From NCBI GenBank assembly GCA_964016885.1, contig OZ024742.1, positions 129,890,001-129,954,000 of the forward strand: a stretch of 64,000 bases of DNA. The letters run 5' to 3'. This document shows positions 45,656-58,739 of the stretch, piece by piece. A program made the translations under genes and the position numbers. Numbering within the stretch: position 1 is the stretch's first letter; each line of letters begins with the position of its first letter. Source of the stretch: Eledone cirrhosa. Its lineage: Eukaryota. The notes under the pieces were generated by a model. That model saw nothing but the letters and a program-made list of their open reading frames with translations. It was not told the origin of the DNA and ran no database searches.

Positions 45656-47059
45656 CTGGAACAAATAAGAAACCATATATGATGTCTAAAAAAATGTTAT
45701 TGAAGAAGTTAGCATTATAACCCTCCCCAACAAAAAACAACTATAGCAAAAAAACTAAAACAAAAAGAAAACAACTATAGAATTTCAATATTATATTTGT
45801 GGGAAGATGTGTTGCTTTGTTTTGTATTTTATGAAAAGGGATGTATGATTACTTACTGATGTAATAGAACTATATATATATATATATATATATTTTCTAG
45901 AGTTAATATTAATGTAGAGAAATGGCAAACGACTGCTTGTGTAAGACATAAGAGAGGAAGGGGTGGGATTTTGAGAGAGTTGAAGCCATGTTTCAATTTT
46001 TATTCCTGGTTAAAACTATTTCTTTTTACTCATAATGCTTAATAATGTCATTGGGAATGGAATTAATGTCACACTTTCTCTAACTGGTGAATTGGCAGAG
46101 TTATATCTCTATATATTGTTATATATATATAGATATATGTGTTCAACAATGAAAACAAAAGGTGAAGATTGATGCTTAATCAGTTCATTGTTTTACCATT
46201 GTTTCAGAAGGTTAATTGATCATGATAAATCGATATATTGACTAATTGATAGTGGTTATGCAACCAAATATTATTAGTCTTGATATTCCAGATTCATCTC
46301 ACTGTCTTCCTCAGAAACAATATATATTGTTATATTTATATATATATTGACATGAGGGAAGAAGCCTCTTGCTGTTATCTTGGCACCAGCACAAGAAAGT
46401 TTGTTATATCTCTCTATAAATATATTCTTATATCTATATATATTGACATGAGGGAAGAATGCTTTGGCAAATCACTTTAGCCAGTGTACCTTCCTGATCT
46501 GGTAATGGTTTTAAAATTTCAAACTGAAACTTTCATTTAAACCACAGAGGTAGATTGTTCCCACCCAAGATATGCTCATATTAGTTTTTAGTTACTTGTA
46601 ATGTTGCTTAATCATCTACTTAAACTAGAATATATATAGAAACACTAACCTGTGGATTAAACTTATGCCCACCAGGAAAAATGCTGTGCCTAATGCTTAA
46701 ATTGATTCTGCTATTGTCCTATTGGATAACCAGGTGATGGAAATTAGAAGATTTTACCATTAACGTCCTATAATGGAAATATCTAAAAACGAGTTAATTA
46801 ATGCAAATGTTTATAATATCTATACTAGTTGACAGATTGTTGTGAAAATTTGCAGTATTAGAGTAAAGACTTTAATTTTTAATGTGATAAAGTCAGAGAG
46901 CTGTTTTGTACTTCTCAAGAATGTCTAGCTACTGCAGTTTCATGTGGTACAGGACATTAAAAACTACATGCGTGGGAAACACTAATTAATGGTTAGAGGC
47001 ATAGTGTTGACAAGTAAATCGAAGTAATGGAAGTAACTCTAGAAGCTAATTTTAGGTGA

Positions 47060-48615
47060 TATGTGCCCTGGTATACCACTTTCCAGTTGAAATGAGGTGA
47101 TAGTTGCTCTGTTATACCACTCTCTATTTGAAAGAAAAAAATATTTGCCCTGCTATACCACTCTCCGGTTGGAAGGAAGAAATAGTTGCCCTGGTATACC
47201 ACTCTCCAGTTGAAAGGAAGAGATAGTTGGCCTGGTATACCACTCTCCAGTTGAAAGGAAGAGATAGTTGGCCTGGTATACCAATCTCCAATTGAAAGGA
47301 AGAGATAGTTGACCTGGTATACCACTCTCTAGTTGAAAGGAAGAGATAGTTGGCCTGGTATACCACTCTCTAGTTGAAAGGAAGAGATAGTTGGCCTGGT
47401 AGACCACTCTCTAGTTGAAAGGAAGAGATAGTTGGCCTGGTATACCACTCTCCAGTTGAAAGGATGAGATAGTTGGCCTGGTATACCACTCTCTAGTTGA
47501 AAGGAAGAGATAGTTGGCCTGGTATACCACTCTCTAGTTGAAAGGAAGAGACAGTTGGCCTGGTATACCACTCTCCAGTTGAAAGGAAAAGATAGTTGGC
47601 CTGGTATACCACTCTCCAGTTGAAAGGAAGAGATAATTGGCCTGGTATACCACTCTCCAGTTGAAAGGAAGAAATAGTTGGCCTGGTATACCACTCTCCA
47701 GTTAAAAGGAAGAGATAATTGGCCTGGTATACCACTCTCCAGTTGAAAGGAAGAAATAGTTGGCCTGGTATACCACTCTCCAATTGGAAGGAAGAAATAG
47801 TTGGCCTGGTATACCACTCTCTAGTTGAAAGGAAGAGACAGTTGGCCTGGTATACCACTCTCCAGTTGAAAGGAAGAGATAATTGGCCTGGTATACCACT
47901 CTCCAGTTGAAAGGAAGAGACAGTTGGCCTGGTAGACCACTCTCTAGTTGAAAGGAAGAGATAGTTGGCCTGGTAGACCACTCTCTAGTTAAAAGGAAGA
48001 GATAGTTGGCCTGGTAGACCACTCTCTAGTTAAAAGGAAGAGACAGTTGGCCTGGTATACCACTCTCTAGTTAAAAGGAAGAGACAGTTGGCCTGGTATA
48101 CCACTCTCCAGTTGAAAGGAAGAGATAATTGGCCTGGTATACCACTCTCCAGTTGAAAGGAAGAGATAGTTGGCCTGGTATACCACTCTCCAGTTGAAAG
48201 GAAGAGATAATTGGCCTGGTATACCACTCTCCAGTTGAAAGGAAGAAATAGTTGGCCTGGTATACCACTCTCCAATTGGAAGGAAGAAATAGTTGGCCTG
48301 GTATACCACTCTCTAGTTGAAAGGAAGAGACAGTTGGCCTGGTATACCACTCTTCAGTTGAAAGGAAGAGACAGTTGGCCTGGTATACCACTCTCCAGTT
48401 GAAAGGAAGAGACAGTTGGCCTGGTATACCACTCTCCAGTTGAAAGGAAGAGACAGTTGGCCTGATATACCACTCTCTAGTTGAAAGGAAGAGACAGTTG
48501 GCCTGGTATACCACTCTCCAGTTGAAAGGAAGAGATAATTGGCCTGGTATACCACTCTCCAGTTGAAAGGAAGAGATAATTGGCCTGGTATACCACTCTC
48601 CAGTTGAAAGGAAGA
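47060..48615. repeat. 41-bp minisatellite, about 38 units
   Basis: Unit ggcctggtataccactctccagttgaaaggaagagatagtt. Confidence 0.97.
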
Positions 48616-49189
48616 GGACTGGGACTGCCAGGCAAATAATTTCACCACCAACACCACCACCGCCACCATCACCACTACCACGCCAAAAACTCTAGTCAAG
48701 TTACCTCAACTTCTACTTCAACTTCAACTCCATCACTACAGTACTACGATCACATCACCACCACCACTGCCTCATTATCGCTACCGCCGCTATTCTCTCC
48801 CACTACCTCCTGCTAAGTACTACTAGCACAGCACCACCACCACCACTACCTCATTATCGCTACCGCCGCTATTCTCTCCCACTACCTAAGACATGCATCA
48901 TAGTGTCCCCACTAAAAGAGGAAGGCATCAAAAGATATAAATAGACTGATTTGATGACCCGGTCAAAAAATCAAAAAACCAAAAATCAAAATCAAAACAG
49001 CACAGCACAGCAACAACGAAAAACGTAAAGAAAAGAAAAATGAAAAGAAAAACAAACAGTTCTTTTTTTTTTTTTCCTTCTCTGTCTGTCTAAGTCAGAC
49101 ATTCAAACATTACATTACAATGAAACTTATGCTTATTCTTTTTTGGGGGGTTTTTACCTATTTGTTTGTTTGTTTATTTATGTTCATCT

Positions 49190-52100
49190 ACAGCGTGATA
49201 GTGCCACACTAAAATCACCGGTGGTTATGTAACCATACATTCACCAATCCTCGATAAGAGTGTTTAAATGTCGAACCTAAACAGTTCGAATAATGGTGAA
49301 GTGGAGACTGGAATGTCATGTGACAGACTCTCACCCAACAGGTGCTCCCTGGCTCAGCAGCAGGGACCTGGCTGTCAACCAAATACTGCTGGTGTCGGAG
49401 GAAGAAGAAGAAGGAAAGGGACCAGAACCAACTGGACGAAAGAATTGAATAGAACTGTTATGCAATGTTACCTGAAGAGTAACCCCAAAGAGAAAGGCTT
49501 TAGGAAACGGATGCATAACATCTGGAACGAGATTGGTCTATTTAAATTAGATGAACAAAAATTGGCCGGGCAGGCTCGGGTAATAAGAAATAATGGGTGG
49601 ATAAGCGAGCTGGAACTGGAGGAACTGAGCAGAGAGATTAGCTTGGAGATGGAGGGTGGAGTATGCCAGGCAAACAAGCCAGTGGGAAATGAAGGTGAAG
49701 AGGTTGAGAGAACGGAGGAACCGTCCGAAGCAGACAATGATCTGAATGCTGAGATAAATAATACCTGGAACAGAGATACAGCCATTGAGGAAATGAATGC
49801 TGACGGCCTAGGACAAGATTTGGTTGATATCCTAAACTTAGTGGTAGATGAATTGAACAATGATAGTGGGAAACCTATGAACATAAGATTTGTAGACAGG
49901 AAAAAGTTAAAAGAAACAACAGCTAAGGTAAACAAAGTCATCCCATACCTTGAGGCGAGGAACCTTCACCAGTGCAACAATATCCTCAAAGCAACAGCAA
50001 ATGCAGTGAGGAAATTACTTGGCATAAAAGCGAGAGGAAACAACAAACAAGAAAGATCAGAACCTTGGTGGAAGAAACGACTGAATGGTGAAATCAGGGA
50101 AATGAGAAATGACATTGGAAAGCTTGAGTCCCTACTGAATGGGACACTAAAAAACATAGACAATAAAAATAGACTGGAAATAAAGTACAAAACTAGGAGG
50201 AAAAAGCTAAATATTATCATAGAGGAACTGAAGCAACGCATTGTAGCAAAGAGTGCAAAAATTAGGCGATACGAGAGCAGAGTCGGTCAGTATAGACAGA
50301 ACCGCATGTTTGACAACAACCAGAAGATGTTGTTTGAACAGCTTGAAGGGAAAGAAAGAGGCAACGACTTGATCCCTGAGGCGGAACAAACTAAGACATT
50401 CTGGAGAGGAATATGGGAGCAGGGTGTTAAACATAGTGACCAGGCAGTGTGGATTGAGACAGTACAAAAGGAGATTAGTGAACAGGCACACCAACAAACT
50501 GATTTGAGTATCACAGTTGAAACTCTTAAGGGGCAGGCCAAAAAACTAACCAACTGGAAATCACCAGGCCCAGATGGTGTGCAGGGGTATTGGATTAAAA
50601 ATATAACATCCCTCCACCCGAAACTGACAACCATGTTCAATGACTGCTTGATGTCAGGTGAGGTACCAAAGTGGCTGACAAAAGGTACCACAGTTCTAGT
50701 AAGGAAAGACCGAATCAAGGGTAATGATGTTACCAACTATAGACCTACCACATGTCTGTCCGTAATGTGGAAACTGTTGACAAGCATTATGTCTGAGGAA
50801 ATCTACCATCACCTCCACACAAACAACTTGTTACCGGACGAACAGAAAGGATGCCGAAAGAAGTCCTGTGGTACAAAGGACCAGTTACTTATTGATAAGA
50901 TGGTAATGAGGAATTGCAAGAGGAGACACACTGGTCTTGCCATGGGATGGATAGGCTACAAAAAGGCATTTGACATGGTGCCTTGGATCACCAAAAGCCT
51001 AGAGATCTTCAAGGTGGCAGATAACATCAGACAGTTGTTGGGCAAAAGTATGAAGTCCTGGAAAACAGAGTTAACATCAGCTGGAGAATCCTTGGGAGGC
51101 GTGAAGATCAAGAGAGGTATCTTCCAGGGAGATAGTCTGTTCCCTCTGTTGTTTGTCCTTGCCCTGATGCCCCTTATACTGCGAAAAGTGAGAGCAGGAT
51201 ACAAGTTAGGAAAGGGAGAGCTTACCATCAATCACCTCCTCTTCATGGACGATCTTAAGCTCTTTGGGAAGAGTGAGAAGGAGTTGGATGTGCTTGTTGA
51301 CACTGTCTGTATTTTCAGCAATGATATATGTATGCAATTTGGTATTAGTAAATGTGGAGTCCTTGTGATGAAGAGGGGTAAATTGAGCAGAAGCAACGGA
51401 ATCCAGGTACCAACAGGTGAGATGATAAAGGAAATTGACACTGAAGAAGGATACAAGTATTTGGGTGTTCTGGAGGTTGATGACATCAAGAAGAAAAAAA
51501 TGAAGGAATTGATAAGATCTGAATACATTCGGAGAGTAAGGAGCGTATTAAAGTCACATCTGAACAGTAGGAATGCCATAAGTACAGTAAATTCCTGAGC
51601 TGTGTCTATTATTAGGTACAGTGCGGGAATTCTGAGATGGAATGTTGCTGAACAAAAAGAAATGGATAGGAAGACTAGGAAGCTATTGACTATCTACAAC
51701 ATGTTCCACAAGAGAAGTGATGTCGATAGACTCTACTTAAGGAGATCTGAAGGTGGAAGAGGTCTTATCAGCATAGAAGACTGTGTTCAGATGGAGAAAA
51801 ACAACCTACACAAATACGTGACTGATAGTAAGGAGCCAATGCTCAGAATTGTACTGAAGGAGAGGACAATAGACCAGGGATGTCCAACGAGGAAATAACA
51901 ACAAGGAGAAAGAGCAGCCTTCATGAAAAATCCCTTCATAGTACCTTCTTTGAGAAAACTGAATTCAGAGATCCACAGACATGGAACTGGTTGAAAAGAG
52001 GAGACCTTAAAAAGGCTACAGAAGGAATGCTAATGGCTGCGCAAGAGCAGGCCCTCAAAATGAAGTGGTTGAAACACCATATTTACAAGAAGGAGGCTAG

Positions 52101-52757
52101 CCCACTGTGCAGGATCTGTGGAGAGAGAGAGGAGACTGTGGCTCACATTGTATCCGAGTGTAAACACCTAGCCCAGACTCACTATAAAGGCTGGAGACAT
52201 GATGTGATGGGCAGGGTGATCCACTGGCACCTATGCAAAGTAAACAATTTACCACATTCTGAGAAGTGGTATGAGCATAAGCCAGAGTCGGTGATAGAAA
52301 ACGATCAGGTGAAGGTGCTGTGGGATTTTAGGATACAGACGGACAAGAAACTGGAACACAATAGACCTGACCTGGTGGTTTTGGACAAGGAAAAAAGATC
52401 GTGCCTGATTGTGGATGTGGCCTGCCCATTCGACACGAGAGTGCAAGAGAAGGAGAGGGAGAAAATTAACCGATACCAGGACTTAAAGTGGGAGGTAAAA
52501 AGGATTTGGAACTGCCATGAAGTCAAAGTGGTCCCGATTGTCATAGGCGCACTAGGTACTATCTCAAAAAATTTCCAGGGATGGTTAAAGAAAATTGGCC
52601 CCCACCACGCTTTTTGGAACGCTTCAAAAGGCATGCTTGCTGGGAACAGCAAGAACCCTCCGATACGTCCTGAATATCTGGGGCTGCAGGTAGTGGCTTG
52701 ATATTCATTTCAACAAACTTTCCAGTTAACTAACAATAATAATAATAATAATAATAA
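49190..52757 (+). mobile_element. Apparently full-length R4/Dong-clade RLE LINE with (AAT)n tail
   Basis: Single long ORF from ATG 49268: KSPGPDG, YRP, EQKGC, GIFQGDSL, LFMDDLKL, YKYLG, CRIC..H..C, HNRPD..VDVACPFD. One stop (51596-51598), a frameshift near 51890, and small RT deletions. Confidence 0.93.
49203..49300 (+). ncRNA. Candidate degenerate HDV-like ribozyme at the Dong 5' end
   Basis: Nested order P1 (acact/agtgt), P2 (ttcacca/tggtgaa), L3-like TCCTCG, P4 (tcgaac/gttcga). J4/2 reads ATAA, so the catalytic C is absent; P3 and P1.1 are poor. Confidence 0.4.
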
Positions 52758-54805
52758 GGTTAACAAAATGATACTGGAAGATTGTCATAATAGACACAAA
52801 AATCTATCAATTGCTTGGATAGATTACAAAAAAGCTTTCGATAGTTTGCCTCACAGTTTGATTGAAAAGTGTTTAGAGATTTTCAAAATATCTCCCGTTG
52901 TCAGGAGGTTCCTGTCATTCAGTACAAAGACTTGGAAAACGACACTCCTTTTGAATAGTGAAAAAAAAATCACTGGAAGCTGGAGAAGTTAATATTAATT
53001 GTGGAATTTTTCAGGGTTACTCTTTTATTTTGCATCGCACTTATACTATTAAGTAAAATACTCAATGAAACAAAACATGGATATAAGGTCTATGACAAAA
53101 CCATTAATTGCTTGTTCTACATGGATGAGCTAAAACTATTTGCAAAAAATGATGAACAATTGCAAGGGCTACTATCCACTGTGAAGCAGTTTAGTGATGG
53201 TATTAAAATGGAGTTTGGACTAGATAAATGTGCCAAAGCCATGTTCACCAGAGGAAAGCTGCTGAGAAGTTCAGACATTAATCTTGATCGGGGGAATGTG
53301 ATAAGAGAACTTGATCAAGAGGAAACTTACAGATATCTAGGTGTTTGTGAAGGAGACGGAATCAAGCACTCGACAATGAGGGAAAAGATAAGGAAGGAAT
53401 GTTACTGCAGAGTAAGAGCAATCTTAAGAACGGAATTGAATGCAAAGAATAGGATCGATGCCATAAACACGCTTGCCATACCAGTGGTAACCTACAGTTT
53501 CAATGTCATCAACTGGTCAAGCACAGAGATCCATAGGCTTGATACAAAAATTAGAAAATTCTTAACCATGCACAGGATGCATCACCCTAAGGCAGATACA
53601 GATAGAATATCTCCCTAGGAAAAAAGGAGGATGTGGATTCATCAAGTTAGATATTGCTTTGAAAACTGCAACAATTGGATTATCTACATATTTAAGGGAA
53701 TGACATGATTGGATGATCAAAGTCGTTTTGAAACATGGAAGCATCAAAAGATCATACTCCATCACAAAAAATGCACAAAGATACAGTAATGAACTACAAA
53801 TTTCAGAAGTTCTATTTACTGCTGAAATGAAAAACACAGAAAAAGCAAAGCAGGTAAAAGTAACTGCAAAGAAAGAACTGCTACAGAAACTGGCTAGGAA
53901 ATGGCAAGAAAAGCCTCTGTATAGAAAATACCTAGAAAGAGCTAACAAAACTTTAACCTATCAGTGGTTGGCATCCTCTGGAATGAAATTGGAGACTGAA
54001 GGACTGATTATATCAGCACAAGATCAGTGTCTGCCAACAAAAAATTATCAAGCCAACATAATAAAAAATGGATGCAACCCATTATGCCGTGTATGTAAAA
54101 AACAACGAGAGACCATTGATCATATAATTTCAATGTGCAGTCCTATAGCTCCAACCGAATACCTAAACAGGCACAACAGAGCTGCACAATACATACATTG
54201 GATAATGTGTAAGCATTTTGACCTGCCCCATCAAAAGAATTGGTGGAATCATCAACCACCTCCCGTACTTGAAAAAGATCACATCTCAATCTTGTGGAAC
54301 TTTAGCATCCAAACAGACCGAAAAATAGATGCAAATAGACCTGATATAATACTGAAGGACTTTAAAAAGAGGGTATGCTTGCTAATTGATATGTCCAATA
54401 AACAAGAATATATCTATAAAAACATTTGAAAAATTGAGCAAGTATAAAGACCTGGAAATAGAAATTGGAAAAAATGAGGAAATTGAGAACTAAAACAATA
54501 CCAGTGGTTGTAGGTGCTCTAGGAATGATACCTAGGGGGTCTAATGATTACTTATCCCAAATCCCAGGAAACCCGCATATAGAAGAAATTCAGAAGACAG
54601 TACTAATGGGAACTGCCCATATACTAAGGAAGATTCTGTCAATATAAGTACATCACAAGTCTAAACACCTAAAGATGCATGTGTGTGTATGTATGTTCTT
54701 TCTTGAACATGGCGGACCTTGTTGTCTCTTGAGGTCACTGGTTGTGACTTGGTGATAACTCGTATGAACATAAAGCAAGATAAATGTAACTGTAATAATA
54801 ATAAT
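52758..54805 (+). mobile_element. Second, 5'-truncated Dong-like LINE with (AAT)n tail
   Basis: WIDYKKAFD, FYMDELKLF, YRYLG, AQDQ, CRVC..H..C, ANRPDIIL; frameshifted. Confidence 0.9.
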
Positions 54806-55154
54806 GTTGTTGATGATCTCCATGTGTCTAACACACGTGGACATGCCTACAAAATCAGAAAACAGCACAGCTCCCATGACTTTCGTAGACATTTTTTCAC
54901 GCTCAGAGTTGCTGAAGCAGGGAACAAACTGCCTGCGTCAGTTGTTAGCTGCTGAGACACTGCATCCTTTAAGACACTCATGCTTCCCGAAATACGCCAA
55001 AACTACACCTGATGTACCCCTTCCATACACATGCACACATGTGTGTATCATGACTCGTGCACTGTTCATTTTCCTGATGTTTGTGCATTGCCCTATGTAC
55101 TGTGCATGCACTTTTTGATGAGTTGTGGTGCACCTGGGCACTGTACACAATATT

Positions 55155-55190
<36 letters not shown>

Positions 55191-55312
55191 CATGACTCAT
55201 ACACTGTTCATTTTCCTGACATTTGTACATTATTCTATGTACTATACATGCACCTTTGATGAGTTGTAGTGCACCTGAGCACTGTACACAATAATTTAAT
55301 TATTATTATTAT
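54806..55312 (+). mobile_element. Two tandem CR1-clade 3' fragments with (ATT)n tails
   Basis: NTRGHAYKIRKQ..FFTLRV; same family as 13331-13840. Confidence 0.85.
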
Positions 55313-56112
55313 AAAAAAAATGCCACAATATTTTGTTTGTATTGTTGTCATTTTTCGGCAACTTATATCACATTATGTAAAATTTAAAGAAAAAAACATT
55401 AAAAAAAATTCATAATTTATTGGGAAATATATCTGATTGATAACACATGAAATAAAGATATATTTTATTACATTCTACAGTATACTTGAAGAGATTACAA
55501 AGTATGAATAATGTACTCAGATGAAATTTTGACTGATTTTTTTCACTTCATTAAAGAAAATATAAAAATCTAAGCAGTATTAGAAATGATTTCTACTATA
55601 GGCTCATGGCCAGCAATTTTAAGGGGGGGGGGGGGGGTCAATTAAATTGACCCCAGTGTGTGACTAGTACTTTATTTTATCAGCCCCATAAGGATGAAAA
55701 GCAAAGCTAACTTCTGCAGGATTTGAACACAGAACATAAAGGGCCGTAACTATGCCACAAAGCATGTTGTCCGATACTGCCAATCCACCACCTTTCAACT
55801 AAATAATAATGAGTTCTAACATAGGCCCAAATCTAGAAAATTGAGGGAAGGGACAGTTGATTTAACTGATCCCAACATTTAACTGGTATTTTATTTTATC
55901 AATTCCAGAAGGATGAAAAGCAAAGTAGACTTCAACTAGATTTGAACTTTGAGCATAGAGTACAAGGTATTAAATCTGGTTCTCTAACAACTCTGGGGTG
56001 GGGGTCAGTTTAACCACCCTCTCTCTAAATATGTGGGCTTGTGATAATGCTAGAAATAAATATCTTGAACTGATGTATTTGCTTGCTAAATCTTTTTTTT
56101 TTTTTTTTTTAT

Positions 56113-56352
56113 AGCTCACACCTATGGAGGTTTAGCTGGCCTCCTCCAAAGTATATCTTGTTGGAGGTGTCTTGGGTGATTTAATGATAGGGACTCCAGT
56201 CCTATCATCTCATTTTTACAGCTGAGTAAACTGGAGCAACATGAAATAAAGTGTCTTGCTCAAGTAAACAACACATCACCCAGTCCGAGAATTGAACTCA
56301 TAACCTTTCGATAGCAGGCCCAATTCTCTAACCACTAAGCCATGCGCCTTCA
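56113..56352 (-). mobile_element. tRNA-CORE SINE with an alternative (non-RTE) 3' tail
   Basis: Same head and CORE as 9574-9911 but a different tail (ttggaggaggccagctaaac). A sister copy is at 60797-61026. Confidence 0.8.
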
Positions 56353-57432
56353 CAAACAGCTGAATATCTTTGGAGAATGGGTAATGAGACACAAACCACA
56401 AATCTCTCAACTTTATCAACTTGGCCATCATGGTACTATATCCTTACCATCATCATCATTGTCATTATCATCACTACTATCATCATCAGCACCATCACCA
56501 TCATCAGCATCATCATCCTCAACATCATCATCATCATTTAATGTCCATTCTCCCTGCTGATAACGGTTTGATGGGTCATCACAGACCAAGTCAGTACCTA
56601 GTCGGAACTGCTGACCTCTCAGATGGGTCAAGAGTCACATCACACATTACAGAGTGACACCAGCTTTAGGATGGTTATCATGCCTTTGACATAATTGAAG
56701 AATTCTCTCGATCCTTTGTGAAATGTTCTATGGCTGGAAGCCTTTCCTATCACCAACCAATTTACTGAGTATACATGGTGCATTTTCCAATGGCACCAAC
56801 ACTAAGGACATTGATGTGACATAATTGAAAATTCCTCTCAACTTTTTTGGCATGATTGCTACAGCTGGATGCCTTTCCTATCACCAAGCACTTTCCAGGA
56901 TGTACTGGGTGCTTTTTTTCATAACACCTGCATTAGAATGACTGAAAGGTTCTTTCAACACTTTAGGCTTGGTTTCAATAGCTGGAAGCCTTTCCTATCA
57001 CCAACCACTTTACAGAATGTATTGGACATGTTTTATTGTAGCACCAACATTTGGGGTGTTGTCAGGCATTGAATTTATACAAAAATAAATGAAATGCAAG
57101 CACCCTATAACTTTTGATAGGGTTTATCTCCATATAGTAAAACAAGAGCAATTCAACCTGGCTGACAACCTACCCTTCTTCACACAACTGACTATGACCA
57201 GAAATCACATGGAGAAGAAGTATGTGAAATGAAATAGCTTGACTTGGAATTGAACCTACATCACAGAGCTATCTTACTCTCAGCTTACTATTATATCATA
57301 ACACTTGTGATGTGAAGGTAATTTTACTAGGAAGCCACAAAAAATAAAATTAAAATTAAAACTAATATAAAGAATGATGTGCTCATGCATAGAGATGTTA
57401 TAAAATAGCTTTTAAAATAGGATGATGACCCT

Positions 57433-57885
57433 ATCATCATCATCATCATCATCATCATCATCGTTTAACGTCCATCTTCTATGCTAGCATGGGTTAGACG
57501 GTTTTGTTCCATTTGATGTGGGAATGGTTGGGGGACCGTGTCTCGCTCATGCAGAAGTGTCTCTGGCAGGTTTTTTATGGCTGGATGCCCTTCCTAACAC
57601 CAACCACATTTACAGTGTGGACTGGGAGCCTTTTCACCGTATCTCCTACACGGCCACCTTACAGTGTGGACTGTTGTGTCATCGACACATTGGACGGAAC
57701 AGAAATGGAAGGATGGGGGAGGGTGTGTGGGGTGTACATTGGGTTTGTATGCAATGGTAGTCGAGTCTTCTGTACAACTGCATGGCACCAAAGATCTCGA
57801 TCCAGTGACATAGAGAGGTGTAAGTGAGCAAGGTCAGTTTTTATCACCTCATCCCAGGTCTTTCTTGGTCTACCCACTCCGTAGG
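57433..57885 (-). mobile_element. 3' fragment of the RTE family
   Basis: GRPRKTWDEVIKTDLAHLHLS, the same 3' UTR, and a (GAT)n tail. Confidence 0.88.
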
Positions 57886-58099
57886 AGTTGCCATCGGCTG
57901 CTCCATCTTTAAAGTGTCTTCACCCTATTTTATTAGCTATTTTATAGTATTTCCTTGCATAAGCAAATCATTCTTTATATCAACTTTATCTTCTCAGTGC
58001 TTTGTAAAAGTCCAAGAGATTGGTTATGTACACATGATGTTTGTTTACATACGGATGTCTGTTGACATCTGAAAGCTGTGATTCAGCTATCTAATTTAA

Positions 58100-58300
58100 C
58101 CCTTTAGCATTTAAACCGGCCGTATCAGGCCAGAATTCTCTCACCTCTTTCTGTTTAAACCAGCTGTAACTGGCCACTCATACTGATGTTAAGGTATTGT
58201 TCTCAAAATAAATAATATCAAAATCTCATAGATCCAATGTTATGTGAGATACTATAAAAATATAATAGTGGATATAGAGTAATGTAAATGCTGGTAAGAG
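58100..58300. mobile_element. Uninterrupted copy of the TTAA/CCCTTTA MITE
   Basis: Shares gctgtaactggccactcatactgatgttaaggtattgtt with 449-488. Confidence 0.78.
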
Positions 58301-58306
58301 TTGTCA

Positions 58307-58530
58307 CGGTCCCTTAGCTTAATGGTTATAAGTGCCTAGCTGGTATCTGCGAGATATGGGGTTCAATTCTTCATAGCAGCCAATAGCAACTTCTTTTTCC
58401 ATCTTTAAACAGTCTTCACCCTATTTTATAAGAAATTTTATAGCATTTCCGTGCATGAGCACATCATTCTTTATATTAATTTTATTATCTCAGCATTTTG
58501 TCTGAGAGATCAGCTACATATACATGATAG
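58307..58530 (+). mobile_element. Degenerate tRNA-headed repeat; body duplicated at about 57900-58050
   Basis: A box tagcttaatgg, B box ggttcaattc; ccatctttaaa..gtcttcaccctattttat occurs twice. Confidence 0.5.
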
Positions 58531-58549
58531 ATATTAAAAGTTTGTTTAC

Positions 58550-58681
58550 CTTGCGTGTTAAGTCAACTAGTCGGTTCCAGTCAGTATCCTTCAATGTCTT
58601 AAAATCATCGAGTTGTTTTTGTTTGTCTTCAACATCTTTCTCATATTTCTCCATCCAAAATTCTAGTTTTTCATCCAGAAT
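58550..58681 (-). CDS. IQCG: Internal coding exon of IQCG/DRC9 (132 bp); upstream exons lie beyond the window
   Basis: attaaacAG|[44 protein letters not shown]|GTaaac. Resembles recalled human [24 protein letters not shown]. Phase 0/0. Confidence 0.93.
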
Positions 58682-58739
58682 CTGTTTAATAAGTTATAGG
58701 AATAGAGAAATTATTAGTTCCAAATGTGAACATTATATT

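Noticed and set aside
46993-48699. Repeated ORFs and a CRISPR-like look of the 41-bp array
   Set aside because: Head-to-tail units with no unique spacers; 41 is not a multiple of 3; eukaryotic intron with no cas genes.
58307-58382. Possible tRNA gene
   Set aside because: Acceptor, anticodon and T stems do not pair properly; better explained as a decayed SINE head.
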